The notes: generated by a model from the letters alone, not told the origin. DNA of 54,364 nucleotides from an uncultured cyanobacterium (GCA_937128595.1 CAKZMO010000005.1:1-54364); one strand, 5' to 3'; positions 31,170 through 41,279 are shown, numbered from the stretch's first letter. Numbers and translations: made by a program.

Positions 31170-32435
31170 ATGTTTCGTCAAGAGTGTTCGTCATGCATGA
31201 GGGTGCAAGCAGTGGTACAGGAGCAAGCATTTTGGTTTGCCTGGTCGCAGATTCCAGGCTTGGGTTCGACGTTGGTTTATCGAGTCTATCAACACTTTGG
31301 AGACCTTCAAACCGCTTGGGAATCTGACACAGCATCAATTCTGGAAGTAGATGGGATTGGTCTACAAACGGCTCTAGCGATTGATAAGACTCGCTCAAGC
31401 TTGGACGTTGAGCAATCTTTTGATAATCATGTTCAGCACAATCCTAATTTCTGGACTCCTATAGACGCCGACTATCCCCGGTTACTATTAGAACTGCCTG
31501 ACCCCCCACTGATGCTCTACTACCGAGGAAAGGTAGAACCAGAGGAAAATCAAGGAATAATTCCGGCGATCGCCATTGTCGGCACGCGTCGTCCTACCGA
31601 CTACGGCAAGCGATGGACTCGTCGCATCGCTCGTGCTCTCGCTCATGCAGGTTTCACTGTGATATCAGGATTGGCCGAAGGTGTTGATGCAGAAGCCCAT
31701 CGCAGTGTTCTAGAACAGAGGGGACGAACCATTGCTGTCATCGGTACAGGGGTCAATCTCGTTTACCCTTTATCAAACCGTAGACTGGCCCAGGAGATTG
31801 CGGAGTATGGGCTCATTATTAGTGAGTATCCAGTTGGAACGAAGCCAGATCGGGCTCACTTTCCTCAACGCAATCGCATTATTGCAGGTCTAAGTCGCTC
31901 AATTTTGGTAATTGAGGCTCCTGTTCAATCGGGTGCATTGATTACGGCTCGGCTCGCTACAGACTACAACCGAGACGTTTATGCTCTGCCTGGTTCCTTA
32001 GATAACCCCAAGTCCGAGGGCTGTCTCCGGCTCATTCATGACGGAGCGCACATGATTTTGAATGAAGATTCTCTACTAGAAATGCTGGAAACCATGCCGT
32101 CTCTGTGGAATCCAGAATGTTTGGAACCTCGAAATAGTCAAGCGTCTTCGCAAACGACTGAGCTTGAGCCCACAAGTCACTCATCTTCTAATCAGCAGAG
32201 AAAAAAGCATTCTTCCTCTTCAACATCGCGGCCTGCTCTTCGGCCACTGCCGCTCCCTTCGCTGTCACCCGACCTAAAGCAGGTGTTTCAGGTTGTTGCA
32301 CTGGATCCCGTTGCACTGGATTTTATTGTAGAAAATTCTTCTATGCCCACGGGAACTGTACTTGGACTTCTCTCTCAGCTGGAACTTATGGGGCTTGTTG
32401 CCCAGCTTCCTGGCATGTTGTATCAGCGTTGTTAA
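31170..32435 (+). CDS. dprA: DNA processing protein DprA (Smf)
   Basis: 421 aa. Contains YPRLLLELPDPPLMLYYRG, IAIVGTRRPTDYGKRWTRRIARALAHAGFTVISGLAEGVDAEAHR, PQRNRIIAGLS, VIEAPVQSGALITA and DVYALPGS. A Ser-rich linker precedes the C-terminal winged-helix-like segment. Confidence 0.92.
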   Translation: MFRQECSSCMRVQAVVQEQAFWFAWSQIPGLGSTLVYRVYQHFGDLQTAWESDTASILEVDGIGLQTALAIDKTRSSLDVEQSFDNHVQHNPNFWTPIDADYPRLLLELPDPPLMLYYRGKVEPEENQGIIPAIAIVGTRRPTDYGKRWTRRIARALAHAGFTVISGLAEGVDAEAHRSVLEQRGRTIAVIGTGVNLVYPLSNRRLAQEIAEYGLIISEYPVGTKPDRAHFPQRNRIIAGLSRSILVIEAPVQSGALITARLATDYNRDVYALPGSLDNPKSEGCLRLIHDGAHMILNEDSLLEMLETMPSLWNPECLEPRNSQASSQTTELEPTSHSSSNQQRKKHSSSSTSRPALRPLPLPSLSPDLKQVFQVVALDPVALDFIVENSSMPTGTVLGLLSQLELMGLVAQLPGMLYQRC

Positions 32436-32610
32436 AACTCTGAGCGTCTTCTATTTGGGGAATTTTGTGAATCACAAGGTTCAACCAAAGTCATTCTATT
32501 GCGGTAATTACGAATCTCTCGATCGGTCAAAACTCCACGAGCTTCATGAGAAATTCGAGTTGTCACGATAACATTAAGAGAGAGATGTAATATTTTTTAA
32601 CAAAACTCCC

Positions 32611-33318
32611 ATGAGTCAAGTCAATTTAGAGCAAATTGCTGGTCAACTTGAGAGTCAGAGTACGCGCGATCGCCTGTTGGCACTCGTTTCTCTTCGAAAC
32701 GTTGCTCCTTTCGAAGCTGTGCCCCTGATCAAAAAAGTTCTGGATGATGAGAATTTGCAGATTCGCTCCATGGCTGTTTTTGCTTTAGGCATCAAAGCAA
32801 CCAACGAGTGCTACCCTCTGCTGGTGAACATTCTGGAGTCAGATCCGGATTACAGTATTCGAGCGGGTGCTGCAGGCGCTCTTGGATATTTGGAAGATCC
32901 CCGAGCATTCGAGCCTCTCAACCGTGCATTTTTCGAAGATACAGATTGGTTGGTGCGTTTCAGTGCGGCTGTGTCTCTTGGCAATCTAAAAGATCCTCGG
33001 GCTTACGAAGCTCTCACCAAGGCACTTGATAGTAAGGAAGGGGTCATTCAACAGGCTGCGATCGCGGCTCTAGGCGAAATCAAAGCTGTGAAGTCCGTTG
33101 ATAAAATTCTGACATTTGCGCAGTCCGAAGATTGGTTAGTGCGACAAAAATTGGCAGAAGCACTCGGCAACTTGCCCACGACCAAGAGTGTCTCAGCGTT
33201 GCGATATCTCGAAAAAGATCCTCATCCTAATGTCGCCGCTACTGCTATCTTTTCGCTCAAGCGTCTAGACGAAGCAGAACTCATCGACCCCTCTGCCGAC
33301 CTGTCCTCTGGCATCTAA
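32611..33318 (+). CDS. HEAT-repeat protein (PBS-lyase HEAT-like repeats; NblB-like family)
   Basis: 235 aa. It has repeated ~31-aa units of the form D.(D)..VR..AA.ALG...D.RA...L (for example DENLQIRSMAVFALG, DPDYSIRAGAAGALGYLEDPRAFEPL, DWLVRFSAAVSLGNLKDPRAYEAL). Confidence 0.8.
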   Translation: MSQVNLEQIAGQLESQSTRDRLLALVSLRNVAPFEAVPLIKKVLDDENLQIRSMAVFALGIKATNECYPLLVNILESDPDYSIRAGAAGALGYLEDPRAFEPLNRAFFEDTDWLVRFSAAVSLGNLKDPRAYEALTKALDSKEGVIQQAAIAALGEIKAVKSVDKILTFAQSEDWLVRQKLAEALGNLPTTKSVSALRYLEKDPHPNVAATAIFSLKRLDEAELIDPSADLSSGI

Positions 33319-33440
33319 GATAGAAGTCTAGAAAAGAAGACTGTGCAAAGAAAACTGTAGGTAGATGTGGGTGCACATCTGCTTACTTACCAAGGTTCAT
33401 CGAGGCACAGCTTTGGCTGAAAGCAGTTTTAATCCTGGTT

Positions 33441-33827
33441 ATGGTCAACATTCGAAAAGCGATCGCCCTCTTGATCGTTGTGGGGTTCTTCACAGTTGTT
33501 GCGTCTGCCTCGGCGGTGGCTGATAGCTGGGTTATGGTTGCAAAGTCAACAACAACTCAGGAACGGCAATATGTTGATCCAGACTCGATTCAGGTGCTCG
33601 AACAGATTAAGGGTAGCCCCACCCATATCCGTCTCAAGACATCTTGGGGATTTGAAGCCGATCCGGATTCGCTGAGTGTGGCTATGACAGAGTATCTGTG
33701 TCAGCAGAGCCAATACCGAGATGTCGTTGTCAATGGCAAAACGACTGGGGATCGGTGGCAGCCCTTAGGGGAAGATCTGCTCAACCGAGCCGCAATGGAG
33801 TACGGTTGCAAAAGCAACACTCCTTAG
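33441..33827 (+). CDS. Secreted hypothetical protein (signal peptide), 128 aa
   Basis: N-terminal signal peptide MVNIRKAIALLIVVGFFTVVASASAVA. The mature part has two Cys residues. No family recognised. Confidence 0.6.
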   Translation: MVNIRKAIALLIVVGFFTVVASASAVADSWVMVAKSTTTQERQYVDPDSIQVLEQIKGSPTHIRLKTSWGFEADPDSLSVAMTEYLCQQSQYRDVVVNGKTTGDRWQPLGEDLLNRAAMEYGCKSNTP

Positions 33828-34047
33828 AGCTTTGCAGCGACCTGATCAGGATTTGGATGGGGAGATCGAGTCAAAGCCTCAATTTAGAGCGTAGAGCTGA
33901 AAAATAAAGCTTAGTTCTAACTCGCGCTCTTATCTAAAGTGTTGCGTAACCAACACACCTGGTATTGCCGAGCAATTTTCTCCTGATAATATTAATTATT
34001 CACAAGGTAGAACATCTGGTTAATTTTTTGAGGCGTAAGTCATTCTC

Positions 34048-34548
34048 ATGTCGAGCTCCGATGAAGCGATGAATCAGTCTTGGTCAAACTCTTCTCCTCC
34101 CAATCATTCAGGTGATCCTGTAGTGCCTGAATCAATGGCGACGAAGTATGGCGATCGCGCAATTCAGAAGTCAACCACCGAGCCTCTAGAGAAATGGCCT
34201 AATCCTTCAGAGAATGCTTACACGATTCACCTTGAGCATCCGGAGTTCACTGCGCTTTGTCCTCGCTCGGGCTACCCTGATTTTGGAGCCATCATTGTCG
34301 ATTATCAACCTGACCGGTGGGTCGTCGAACTGAAAGCGTTCAAGCTCTACATCAACTCTTTCCGAAACGAATACATTAGCCATGAAAAGATCGTCAACCA
34401 GGTGTGCGATCGCCTCTGGCAGGAACTGTCGCCGTCAGGGCTTCGAGTCATTGGTGACTTCACCCGCAGAGGAGGAGTAAAAACCATCGTCACGGTTAAT
34501 AAAGGTGATTGCAGTCTTTTCTTACCCTATACGCATAATCTGCTGTAG
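34048..34548 (+). CDS. queF: NADPH-dependent 7-cyano-7-deazaguanine (preQ0) reductase, unimodular type
   Basis: Catalytic Cys context EFTALCPRSGYPDF and the QueF motif ELKAFKLYINSFRNE. The real start may be ATG 34135 (MATKYGDRAIQ...), because the first 29 codons are low complexity. Confidence 0.9.
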   Translation: MSSSDEAMNQSWSNSSPPNHSGDPVVPESMATKYGDRAIQKSTTEPLEKWPNPSENAYTIHLEHPEFTALCPRSGYPDFGAIIVDYQPDRWVVELKAFKLYINSFRNEYISHEKIVNQVCDRLWQELSPSGLRVIGDFTRRGGVKTIVTVNKGDCSLFLPYTHNLL

Positions 34549-34655
34549 CGCGCTGGCGTAAAGAGTTGCATCATCTAAGTTGCGAATCTTTCAAGATTTC
34601 GTCATTTTGGGATAGAGTCTAGTTTTGTTGTGCCTTGTCGAGGTAGCGAGTCAGT

Positions 34656-34907
34656 ATGCCTAGAAGCCCAAGCGAATACGCAGTTCACATCTTCATGGAG
34701 GGTGGTCATCGGGAAGAAGTCCGGTTTCCAACCATCCAAGAATTCCAGAAATGGTACAGCGGGGAGCTAGTTCCCAAGGCAGATGCATCTGACTTCATCA
34801 CAGTTCCCATCAAAAATATTCAAGGAGAATATATGGTGGCTCGACCTCGCAGCATCATTGCTATTCGGGTAGAACCTATCTTCTCGTCTAGTGTGGAGCG
34901 TTTCTAA
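34656..34907 (+). CDS. Hypothetical protein, 83 aa
   Basis: ORF track entry. The sequence looks globular (EYAVHIFMEGGHREEVRFPTIQEFQKWYSGELVP...). No family recognised. Confidence 0.55.
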   Translation: MPRSPSEYAVHIFMEGGHREEVRFPTIQEFQKWYSGELVPKADASDFITVPIKNIQGEYMVARPRSIIAIRVEPIFSSSVERF

Positions 34908-34943
34908 AAAGTTCGGGCGGCACACTCAATCTTTTATTCTTGA

Positions 34944-36305
34944 ATGGCACCAGGGTCGGGAACTGAGGCCCTGAGTCGGTTGGCAAAAATCATGAAACTT
35001 GATCAGCGGAACAGATTTGTTCCAAAGCACTGGAAGTTATTTGGGGCGGTCGCTTTCTTAGTCGTGGCAACTCTGATCCCTCGTGCTGCAAAGGCGGAGT
35101 TGACGACATCAGAACAGTCCCCTAATGCACCTCTGCCACCTTATGAATTGAGTCCCGCGACAAGTCTTCCCTTGAGGCTGACCCCCGACTCAGAGCTTGA
35201 GCATCGAGTGGAGCGAGGTGGACGGGTTCTTGATCGCTCTCTTTTGGGTTTAGATAGGCGAATTTGGGGTGAAGACGGGTTTGGGGGCGATCGCCATCGC
35301 TTGCTTCACTCGATTGATCAGTCCTTGGCTTATTTGCAAACTCCCGCCGCTGCTGAAGATTATGCAGAATATCGCGCCTCTGGTGCCTACGTTAGCGGCA
35401 TCACGCGCGATCGAGTGCGTCGGAGCCTACAACGGTTTCGCCAGCTTGTTCTCTCCTCTCGCTCAGCTCAGGAACTGCAAGCAGCGGTTCGACGCGAATT
35501 TTCGTTCTATCAAGCAGCAGGAGTCGATGGCAATGGGACAGTTGAGTTTACGGGCTATTTTGAGCCGACTTATACAGCCAGTCGAGTTCCGACAGACACC
35601 TATCGCTACCCTCTGTACCGTGTTCCAGCCGACTTAGAGGAATGGCCTCTGCCTCACCCAACGCGGGCTGAGCTAGAAGGAAGCGACGGTCTGCAAGGAA
35701 CAAACGGCCGCTTGAGAGGTTTAGAACTGGTGTGGCTGAGCGATCGCCTTGACGCATTTTTGGTGCAGGTACAAGGATCTGCACGGCTACAGCTCACCGA
35801 CGGCACAGTGCTGAGTGTAGGATACGACGGACGAACTGAGTACGAATACCGCAGCATTGGTCGAATGCTCATCGACGATGGCATTATTCCAGAAGCAGAG
35901 CTGACGTTGCCCTTACTCATCGACTATTTTCAGCGTCATCCCGACGCCTTGAACCGATATTTGCCCCAAAATAATCGATTTGTTTTTTTTCAAGAAACAT
36001 ATGGAGCTCCTCCTCAGGGTTCCCTAGATGTGCCTGTGACGGCTGAACGCTCCATCGCAACCGACAAGTCATTGATGCCTCCCGGAGCATTAGCGGTGTT
36101 CCTCACGGACTATCCCGTGGTGACTGCATCTCATGGAATAGAAACCTGTCTTGTTAGCCGATTTGTTTTGGATCAAGATACTGGAGGAGCCATTCGAGGG
36201 GCGGGACGAGCCGATATTTTTATGGGAACGGGGCAACAAGCGGGCGATCGCGCCGGACTGATTAATACCCCTGGAGAGTTGTTCTACTTGCTTATACGAG
36301 ACTAG
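34944..36305 (+). CDS. mltA: Membrane-bound lytic murein transglycosylase A-like protein (MltA + 3D domains)
   Basis: 453 aa with a signal/anchor segment FGAVAFLVVATLIPRAAKA. MltA-type segments: VEFTGYFEPTYTASRV, LVWLSDRLDAFLVQVQGSARLQLTDG and YRSIGRMLIDDG. The 3D domain has SIATDKSLMPPGAL, LDQDTGGAIRGAGRADIFMGTG. Confidence 0.85.
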   Translation: MAPGSGTEALSRLAKIMKLDQRNRFVPKHWKLFGAVAFLVVATLIPRAAKAELTTSEQSPNAPLPPYELSPATSLPLRLTPDSELEHRVERGGRVLDRSLLGLDRRIWGEDGFGGDRHRLLHSIDQSLAYLQTPAAAEDYAEYRASGAYVSGITRDRVRRSLQRFRQLVLSSRSAQELQAAVRREFSFYQAAGVDGNGTVEFTGYFEPTYTASRVPTDTYRYPLYRVPADLEEWPLPHPTRAELEGSDGLQGTNGRLRGLELVWLSDRLDAFLVQVQGSARLQLTDGTVLSVGYDGRTEYEYRSIGRMLIDDGIIPEAELTLPLLIDYFQRHPDALNRYLPQNNRFVFFQETYGAPPQGSLDVPVTAERSIATDKSLMPPGALAVFLTDYPVVTASHGIETCLVSRFVLDQDTGGAIRGAGRADIFMGTGQQAGDRAGLINTPGELFYLLIRD

Positions 36306-36724
36306 ATTGGTGAGTGGCCTTAGTCGAACCACAACCGAAAAACCTTAGCTCATAACGGGGATAGCCGTCGCACCCGCATCCTATAAGCAATGATGTTATG
36401 CTTGATACGCAATATTATTGCATTTCGTAAAGTTAGAACAGCTCTGCTTTTTTTAAAACAGCAGCTCTGTTCTACGCTACGTTCGCTGACGCAGCACAAA
36501 CTTTAGATGAATGTTATTCAAGAACGACTGACGAGTAGAGACATGGAGAGTTATTTTGAATCCATGGCGATCGCCCTCATATAAACGTGAGTCAGACGAG
36601 CCAAGTTCTATTTTGTCCTACTGCAAGGGTCTCTTAGGTTCATGGCAGATATACACAATTTAGTTTACGCTTCTGCCGTTTTGATGCTTCAGGAGCAAGA
36701 GAGGAGCATCGCTGGTTAGATCTT

Positions 36725-38926
36725 ATGGATACTCCATTTGAGATCACAATCCAGATGGTCATAGCGACCATTGCTGGCATCAGCGCTCAGGTTCTGGGCG
36801 ACTATCTTAAGCTGCCTAGCATTGTGTTTCTCTTACTCTTCGGTATTTTAGTAGGGCCTGACGGCTTCGATTTGCTCCATCCTAGCGATCTAGGAGCTGG
36901 ACTTGAAGTGATCGTCGCGCTTTCTGTAGCCCTGGTCTTGTTTGAAGGTGGCCTCAGTCTTGAGCTGAGAGATTTAGGACGCGTTTCGAGTAGTCTCCAA
37001 AATCTAGTCACGTTCGGTACTCTTATTACGCTGATTGGCGGCGGCATGGCCGCTCACTGGTTCAGCGAGTTTCCCTGGCCCATCGCGTTTCTGTACGCTT
37101 CTCTTGTAGTTGTGACAGGCCCGACCGTCATCGGACCACTACTCAAACAGGTGAGCGTGGATCGTCAGGTTGCTACATTACTTGAGGGAGAGGGGGTACT
37201 CGTCGATCCCGTGGGAGCGATTCTTGCGGTGGTTGTCTTGGACGTGATTTTAAACGGCGATACTGATCCGATAGCCGTTATAAGTGGACTGCTGCTGCGG
37301 CTGAGTATTGGCGGAGCGATTGGAGCGATCGGAGGCTGGATACTTGGATTTTTCTTGAAAAAGGCCGAGTTTCTTTCGGAAGAATTAAAGAATTTAGTCG
37401 TTCTTGCTGGGGTTTGGGGACTGTTTGGCCTTGCTCAGATGATTCGTAGCGAGTCAGGGCTGATGGCTACGGTACTAGCAGGCATCGTCCTACGAGCAGC
37501 ATCCGTGCCGGAGGAAAGGCTGTTACGGCGGTTCAAAGGACAGCTCACGATTCTTGCAGTGTCGGTGCTGTTTATTCTTCTTTCTGCCGATCTTTCAATT
37601 GCTAGTATTTTTGCTCTGGGACGCGGAGCCGTCTTTACCGTAGCGTTTCTCATGTTCGTTGTCCGCCCTGTCAATGTCTGGCTCTGCACCTGGACAAGCA
37701 ACCTCAACTGGCGTCAAAAGTTTTTCCTCGCTTGGGTTGCACCAAAAGGGATCGTCTCTGCCTCAGTCGCTTCCCTATTTGCCATTTTGCTGACGGATCG
37801 GGGAATCAGCGGTGGTGATGCGATCAAGGCTCTGGTATTTCTCACCATTATCGCTACCGTTTCAGTTCAAGGGTTGACAGCAGGCTGGGTTGCCCGCTGG
37901 TTAAGGATTACCTCCACTCAGGCGACTGGAGCCGTTATCGTAGGCTGTAATCCGCTGAGTCGTATCATTGCTCGGTTTTTCCTGGAAAATAATGAGACGA
38001 TTGTTATCATCGACACGGATGAGGAATCCTGTGCTGAAGCTGAGCAAGAAGGTTTGCCTGTCGTTGCAAGCAGTGCTCTCGACATGGACGTTTTGGAAGC
38101 CGCAGGCTTGGCCTCTTCGGGAACATTTCTTGCCATGACCAGTAACGGCGAAGTCAATTTAGTGCTGGCACAGCGAGCCTCTGAAGAATTTAAGCCGCCT
38201 CGGGTCTTGGTTGTCTCTCCGGGTGAGATCAAGTCAGCGACAGATATTTCGCCTAATTCCAATCCAACTCCAGCCTCCTCTAAACCAAATAAACCAGGAA
38301 CTTCTCCGAAACTAAGTAAGCCAGGAACTTCTCTGAAACCAAATAAGCCAGGAACTTCTCCGAAAGTTCCACAGGCGTTTACTGAACAATTGCCCTTGAA
38401 GCGATGGAACGGATTCATTCGAGATGGAGCCGTGAAGTTAGGGGAAACAACTCTGAGAGAAACAGGTTTATTGTTTCAGCAAGCCCATTTGCGGGCTCTG
38501 ACTCGGACAGGTGAGTTGGTTCCGCTGTTGATCGAACGCGACCGACGCTTTCAAGTTGTGCAGGCGACTGAGGAATGGCGTCCGGGCGATCGCATCATTT
38601 ATCTGCTCCATGATCCGCGTCCGAAGCTGTTGCGACGCTTATCAGGTGGTACAACACCGGGTCGCTTGTCCCTTGAAAAACTTCCTGCTGTAGAAGAAAT
38701 TCCGATGCCTGTTGCGGCTGAAGTCGTCACATCACAGCAACCTTCAACGCAATCTGATTCCGAAAGCGATCGCCAAAAGGGCAATTCACCTAAACGAAAA
38801 CCTCCCTCTGTCAAAAATCTAGCTGTAACTTCACAAAACACAGCTTCTGACTCCTCTCAAGCAAACGATGTGAGTGACTCGAAAAGCTCTAATTCAGTTC
38901 AAGACAGCGGCGATCAGGATTCATAG
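36725..38926 (+). CDS. CPA1-family cation:proton (Na+/H+) antiporter fused to RCK/TrkA N- and C-lobes
   Basis: 733 aa. About 400 aa form the multi-pass exchanger domain (LLLFGILVGPDGF, LFEGGLSL). Then comes a TrkA-N-like Rossmann region (VIVGCNPLSRIIARFFLENNETIVIIDTD), a Pro/Lys/Ser repeat linker, and a TrkA-C-like segment (GDRIIYLLHD). Confidence 0.85.
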   Translation: MDTPFEITIQMVIATIAGISAQVLGDYLKLPSIVFLLLFGILVGPDGFDLLHPSDLGAGLEVIVALSVALVLFEGGLSLELRDLGRVSSSLQNLVTFGTLITLIGGGMAAHWFSEFPWPIAFLYASLVVVTGPTVIGPLLKQVSVDRQVATLLEGEGVLVDPVGAILAVVVLDVILNGDTDPIAVISGLLLRLSIGGAIGAIGGWILGFFLKKAEFLSEELKNLVVLAGVWGLFGLAQMIRSESGLMATVLAGIVLRAASVPEERLLRRFKGQLTILAVSVLFILLSADLSIASIFALGRGAVFTVAFLMFVVRPVNVWLCTWTSNLNWRQKFFLAWVAPKGIVSASVASLFAILLTDRGISGGDAIKALVFLTIIATVSVQGLTAGWVARWLRITSTQATGAVIVGCNPLSRIIARFFLENNETIVIIDTDEESCAEAEQEGLPVVASSALDMDVLEAAGLASSGTFLAMTSNGEVNLVLAQRASEEFKPPRVLVVSPGEIKSATDISPNSNPTPASSKPNKPGTSPKLSKPGTSLKPNKPGTSPKVPQAFTEQLPLKRWNGFIRDGAVKLGETTLRETGLLFQQAHLRALTRTGELVPLLIERDRRFQVVQATEEWRPGDRIIYLLHDPRPKLLRRLSGGTTPGRLSLEKLPAVEEIPMPVAAEVVTSQQPSTQSDSESDRQKGNSPKRKPPSVKNLAVTSQNTASDSSQANDVSDSKSSNSVQDSGDQDS
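38283..38368 (+). repeat. 27-bp x3 in-frame tandem repeat inside the antiporter linker
   Basis: The core aRccaggaacttctcYgaaa occurs at 38292, 38319 and 38346 (period 27). It encodes KPGTSPKLS / KPGTSLKPN / KPGTSPKVP. Confidence 0.85.
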
Positions 38927-38973
38927 CACGCTGGACTATAGTTAAAGAGACATTAATTTCTGTCAAACCGTTT

Positions 38974-39456
38974 ATGAATTCTCCTTCGAAACTATGGGCG
39001 ATCGCCCTCACCGTGAGTCTGGTAGTACTAACCGCTTGTGGACAGGAATCTTCTGATTCTCAAGTCACCAATTCTTCTAAGACAGGTGATATAACCAGCA
39101 CCGCTGAAGGCACAGTCACATCAGATGCCTCAGCCACATCAGATGCCTCAGCAGAGTCCGTTTCGGCAAAACAAGCTCTAGCGAACCATCTCGATGACGT
39201 CGGCGCAACCATGTATGGAGCTTACTGGTGTCCTCACTGTGCCGATCAAAAGGAGATGTTTGGAGAGGCTGTAAGCACGATTGACTATGTGGAATGTGAT
39301 GCGGAAGGCGAAAATGCCCAGCCTCAGCTCTGCGTAGATAAAGGAGTTGAGGGCTTTCCAACTTGGGAAATCAATGGCGAGCTGTATCCAGGAGCGCAGC
39401 CTCTAGAGCAGCTCGCCGCTCTGTCAGGTTATCAAGGGCCTCAAGATTTTCAATAA
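38974..39456 (+). CDS. Thioredoxin-like lipoprotein (CxxC; resembles the Trx-like domain fused to cyanobacterial VKOR)
   Basis: 160 aa. It has a lipobox (LVVLTAC|GQ), a Ser/Thr-rich linker, and then GATMYGAYWCPHCADQKEMFGEA...GVEGFPTWEING. Confidence 0.7.
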   Translation: MNSPSKLWAIALTVSLVVLTACGQESSDSQVTNSSKTGDITSTAEGTVTSDASATSDASAESVSAKQALANHLDDVGATMYGAYWCPHCADQKEMFGEAVSTIDYVECDAEGENAQPQLCVDKGVEGFPTWEINGELYPGAQPLEQLAALSGYQGPQDFQ

Positions 39457-39478
39457 ACTCTGCTTGAACTCAGAAAGA

Positions 39479-39506
39479 CAAAAAACCCCGGCGCAAGCGT
39501 CGGGGC
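39479..39506 (-). terminator. Rho-independent terminator for the monooxygenase gene
   Basis: On the minus strand the sequence reads ccccgacgcttgcgccgggg followed by TTTTTTGTCTTTC. It lies about 105 nt after the minus-strand stop at 39610 and 30 nt after the plus-strand stop at 39456. Confidence 0.6.
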
Positions 39507-39609
39507 GAAGAATCAGGGTGCATCTACCACTTCATTGTTCTCAAGCTAACCTTCCCTATCCGGAAAAGTAGCGAAAAAAACATTTTGCATGTCACCCCGA
39601 CCTACTGAG

Positions 39610-41001
39610 CTAGAGTTCGGAGTTGTAAGGGTGCTTAGAAATATCGGGCGATCGCCCCGTTAACCCCGTCATGAAGCGAAGAGCCCAATACTTTATGGCG
39701 CTGAACTGGCGCATCATTCGGAGGCTCAGTCGTCTCAAGGGTGTCACCACAGCCCACGTGTTTGAAAAGGCTCGGTCGAGCACATCTGTGAAGCCAAGCA
39801 CCAGCCAGTTTTCACGTTTGCGCCAGCGCTCATAGCGTTTGAGAACATCTAGACTTCCAATATCTTCGCCACGGCGCGCAGCCTCTTGAATCACCTGAGC
39901 CAGAGACGCCGCATCACGAATGCCGAGGTTCAACCCTTGTCCCCCGACCGGATGGCAACTATGAGCTGCATCTCCAACCAATGCTAGGTGGGGCCGAACA
40001 TAGGCTGAGCTGTGCATAAACTTCACCGGAAATAGAAAGCGATCGCCTTCCATCTCAAGTCGACCAAGTTGGTGACCGTAGCGACGGTTTAGTTCCTCTA
40101 AGAAGTCGTCTTTGTTTACATTCAGCAACCGCTGAGCTTCGGCGTGAGGAGCCGTTAGTACAATCTGACAACGGTTATCAGTTAAAGGCAACGTCGCAAA
40201 AGGGCCGCTCGGCCAAAAGTGCTCCCGCGCAATATTTTCATGAGACCGCTCAGGGCGAATCACGGCGGTCACGCAAGACTGCCAATATGGCCATCCGTGG
40301 GTGCGAATTCCAGCCTCTTGGCGCAAGGGAGATTGAGAGCCGTCAGCGGCGATGACTAAGCGCGATCGCAAATGAAGAGTTTGAGTGGATGTGGAAGGAT
40401 CTGCCTCCGACTCCTCACGTGTCTGAGTAGACGATGTCCGCTGCTCAAGGATAATGTCTGCTCCATCAGAGTCGTAGCAAACGTGGTTCATTTGAGCTGG
40501 ACAAAACCAAGTCACATGGCTCGACTGTTCGAGCAATGCGTATAGCTCTCGGACGAGCACCGAATGTTCCGCGACATATCCCAGTTCATCCGTGCCTAAA
40601 TCGCTGGGATGTAGATCTACTGCAGCATTACAATCGGCATCAGCGAGGCGAATGGTCTTGAACGTCGTGACATCGGGCAAGATCCGCTTCCAAATGCCAA
40701 GTCCAGCAAAAATGCGTCCAGAAAGCAAAGTAACAGCATAAGCTCGGCGTCGCTGTAAGCCTAGCTCTTTGGGTCTGGCCTCTACTAATGCGAGTCTCAG
40801 TCCGCTGTCTTTTAGAGCCGCTGCTAGGGTCAACCCTACGATGCCGCCGCCCACGATAACCATGTCATAGTCTAACGGGCGATCGCTGAACTTTTGTGAA
40901 CTTACACTAGAACGAACCTGTACCATTCTTACTGAATCTGCCACATCCTGATCTAAACCAGCAGAGCCTTGAGATTGAGACGAAGGGGGTGAATAAAGCA
41001 T
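39610..41001 (-). CDS. UbiH/UbiF/VisC/COQ6-family FAD-dependent monooxygenase (quinone biosynthesis hydroxylase-like)
   Basis: 463 aa. FAD-binding motif DMVIVGGGIVGLTLAAAL, then LVIAADG, and the C-terminal motif LVGDAAHSCHPVGGQGLNLGIRDA. The first ~45 aa may not be translated. Confidence 0.88.
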   Translation of the reverse strand: MLYSPPSSQSQGSAGLDQDVADSVRMVQVRSSVSSQKFSDRPLDYDMVIVGGGIVGLTLAAALKDSGLRLALVEARPKELGLQRRRAYAVTLLSGRIFAGLGIWKRILPDVTTFKTIRLADADCNAAVDLHPSDLGTDELGYVAEHSVLVRELYALLEQSSHVTWFCPAQMNHVCYDSDGADIILEQRTSSTQTREESEADPSTSTQTLHLRSRLVIAADGSQSPLRQEAGIRTHGWPYWQSCVTAVIRPERSHENIAREHFWPSGPFATLPLTDNRCQIVLTAPHAEAQRLLNVNKDDFLEELNRRYGHQLGRLEMEGDRFLFPVKFMHSSAYVRPHLALVGDAAHSCHPVGGQGLNLGIRDAASLAQVIQEAARRGEDIGSLDVLKRYERWRKRENWLVLGFTDVLDRAFSNTWAVVTPLRRLSLRMMRQFSAIKYWALRFMTGLTGRSPDISKHPYNSEL

Positions 41002-41279
41002 TTTGACTCGACCAACAGCAGTGTAAACCCATGCTCAAATCTGACTCTTGTTGCAAAATCAAAAGAACCTGCAAGTAGGTTTACGAATCTTTACTTCTTA
41101 TTGTGACGTGATTTTTGATCGACTTCAAGGAACATCGTCCGCTGAGACTGTGGCGATCGCCCAGTGAAACCTCCCTTTTGCCTTGTAGAAGCGCTCTTTA
41201 AAAAGGATGTAGCGCTTCCTGCTACTGAAACGGTATAGTCAAGAATTATTGCTTTTGATTTGAGCGCTCAAGTAAACCG

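Noticed and set aside
36355-36385. ACGGGGA...CACCCGCATCC upstream of the antiporter, faintly reminiscent of c-di-AMP (ydaO-type) riboswitch elements
   Set aside because: It is far too short, and it lacks the duplicated pseudo-symmetric helices of that riboswitch. It is more likely a simple hairpin.
37918-38418. 166-aa minus-strand ORF
   Set aside because: It is antisense to the antiporter gene and spans its tandem repeat, which produces repetitive nonsense (GEVPGLFG...).
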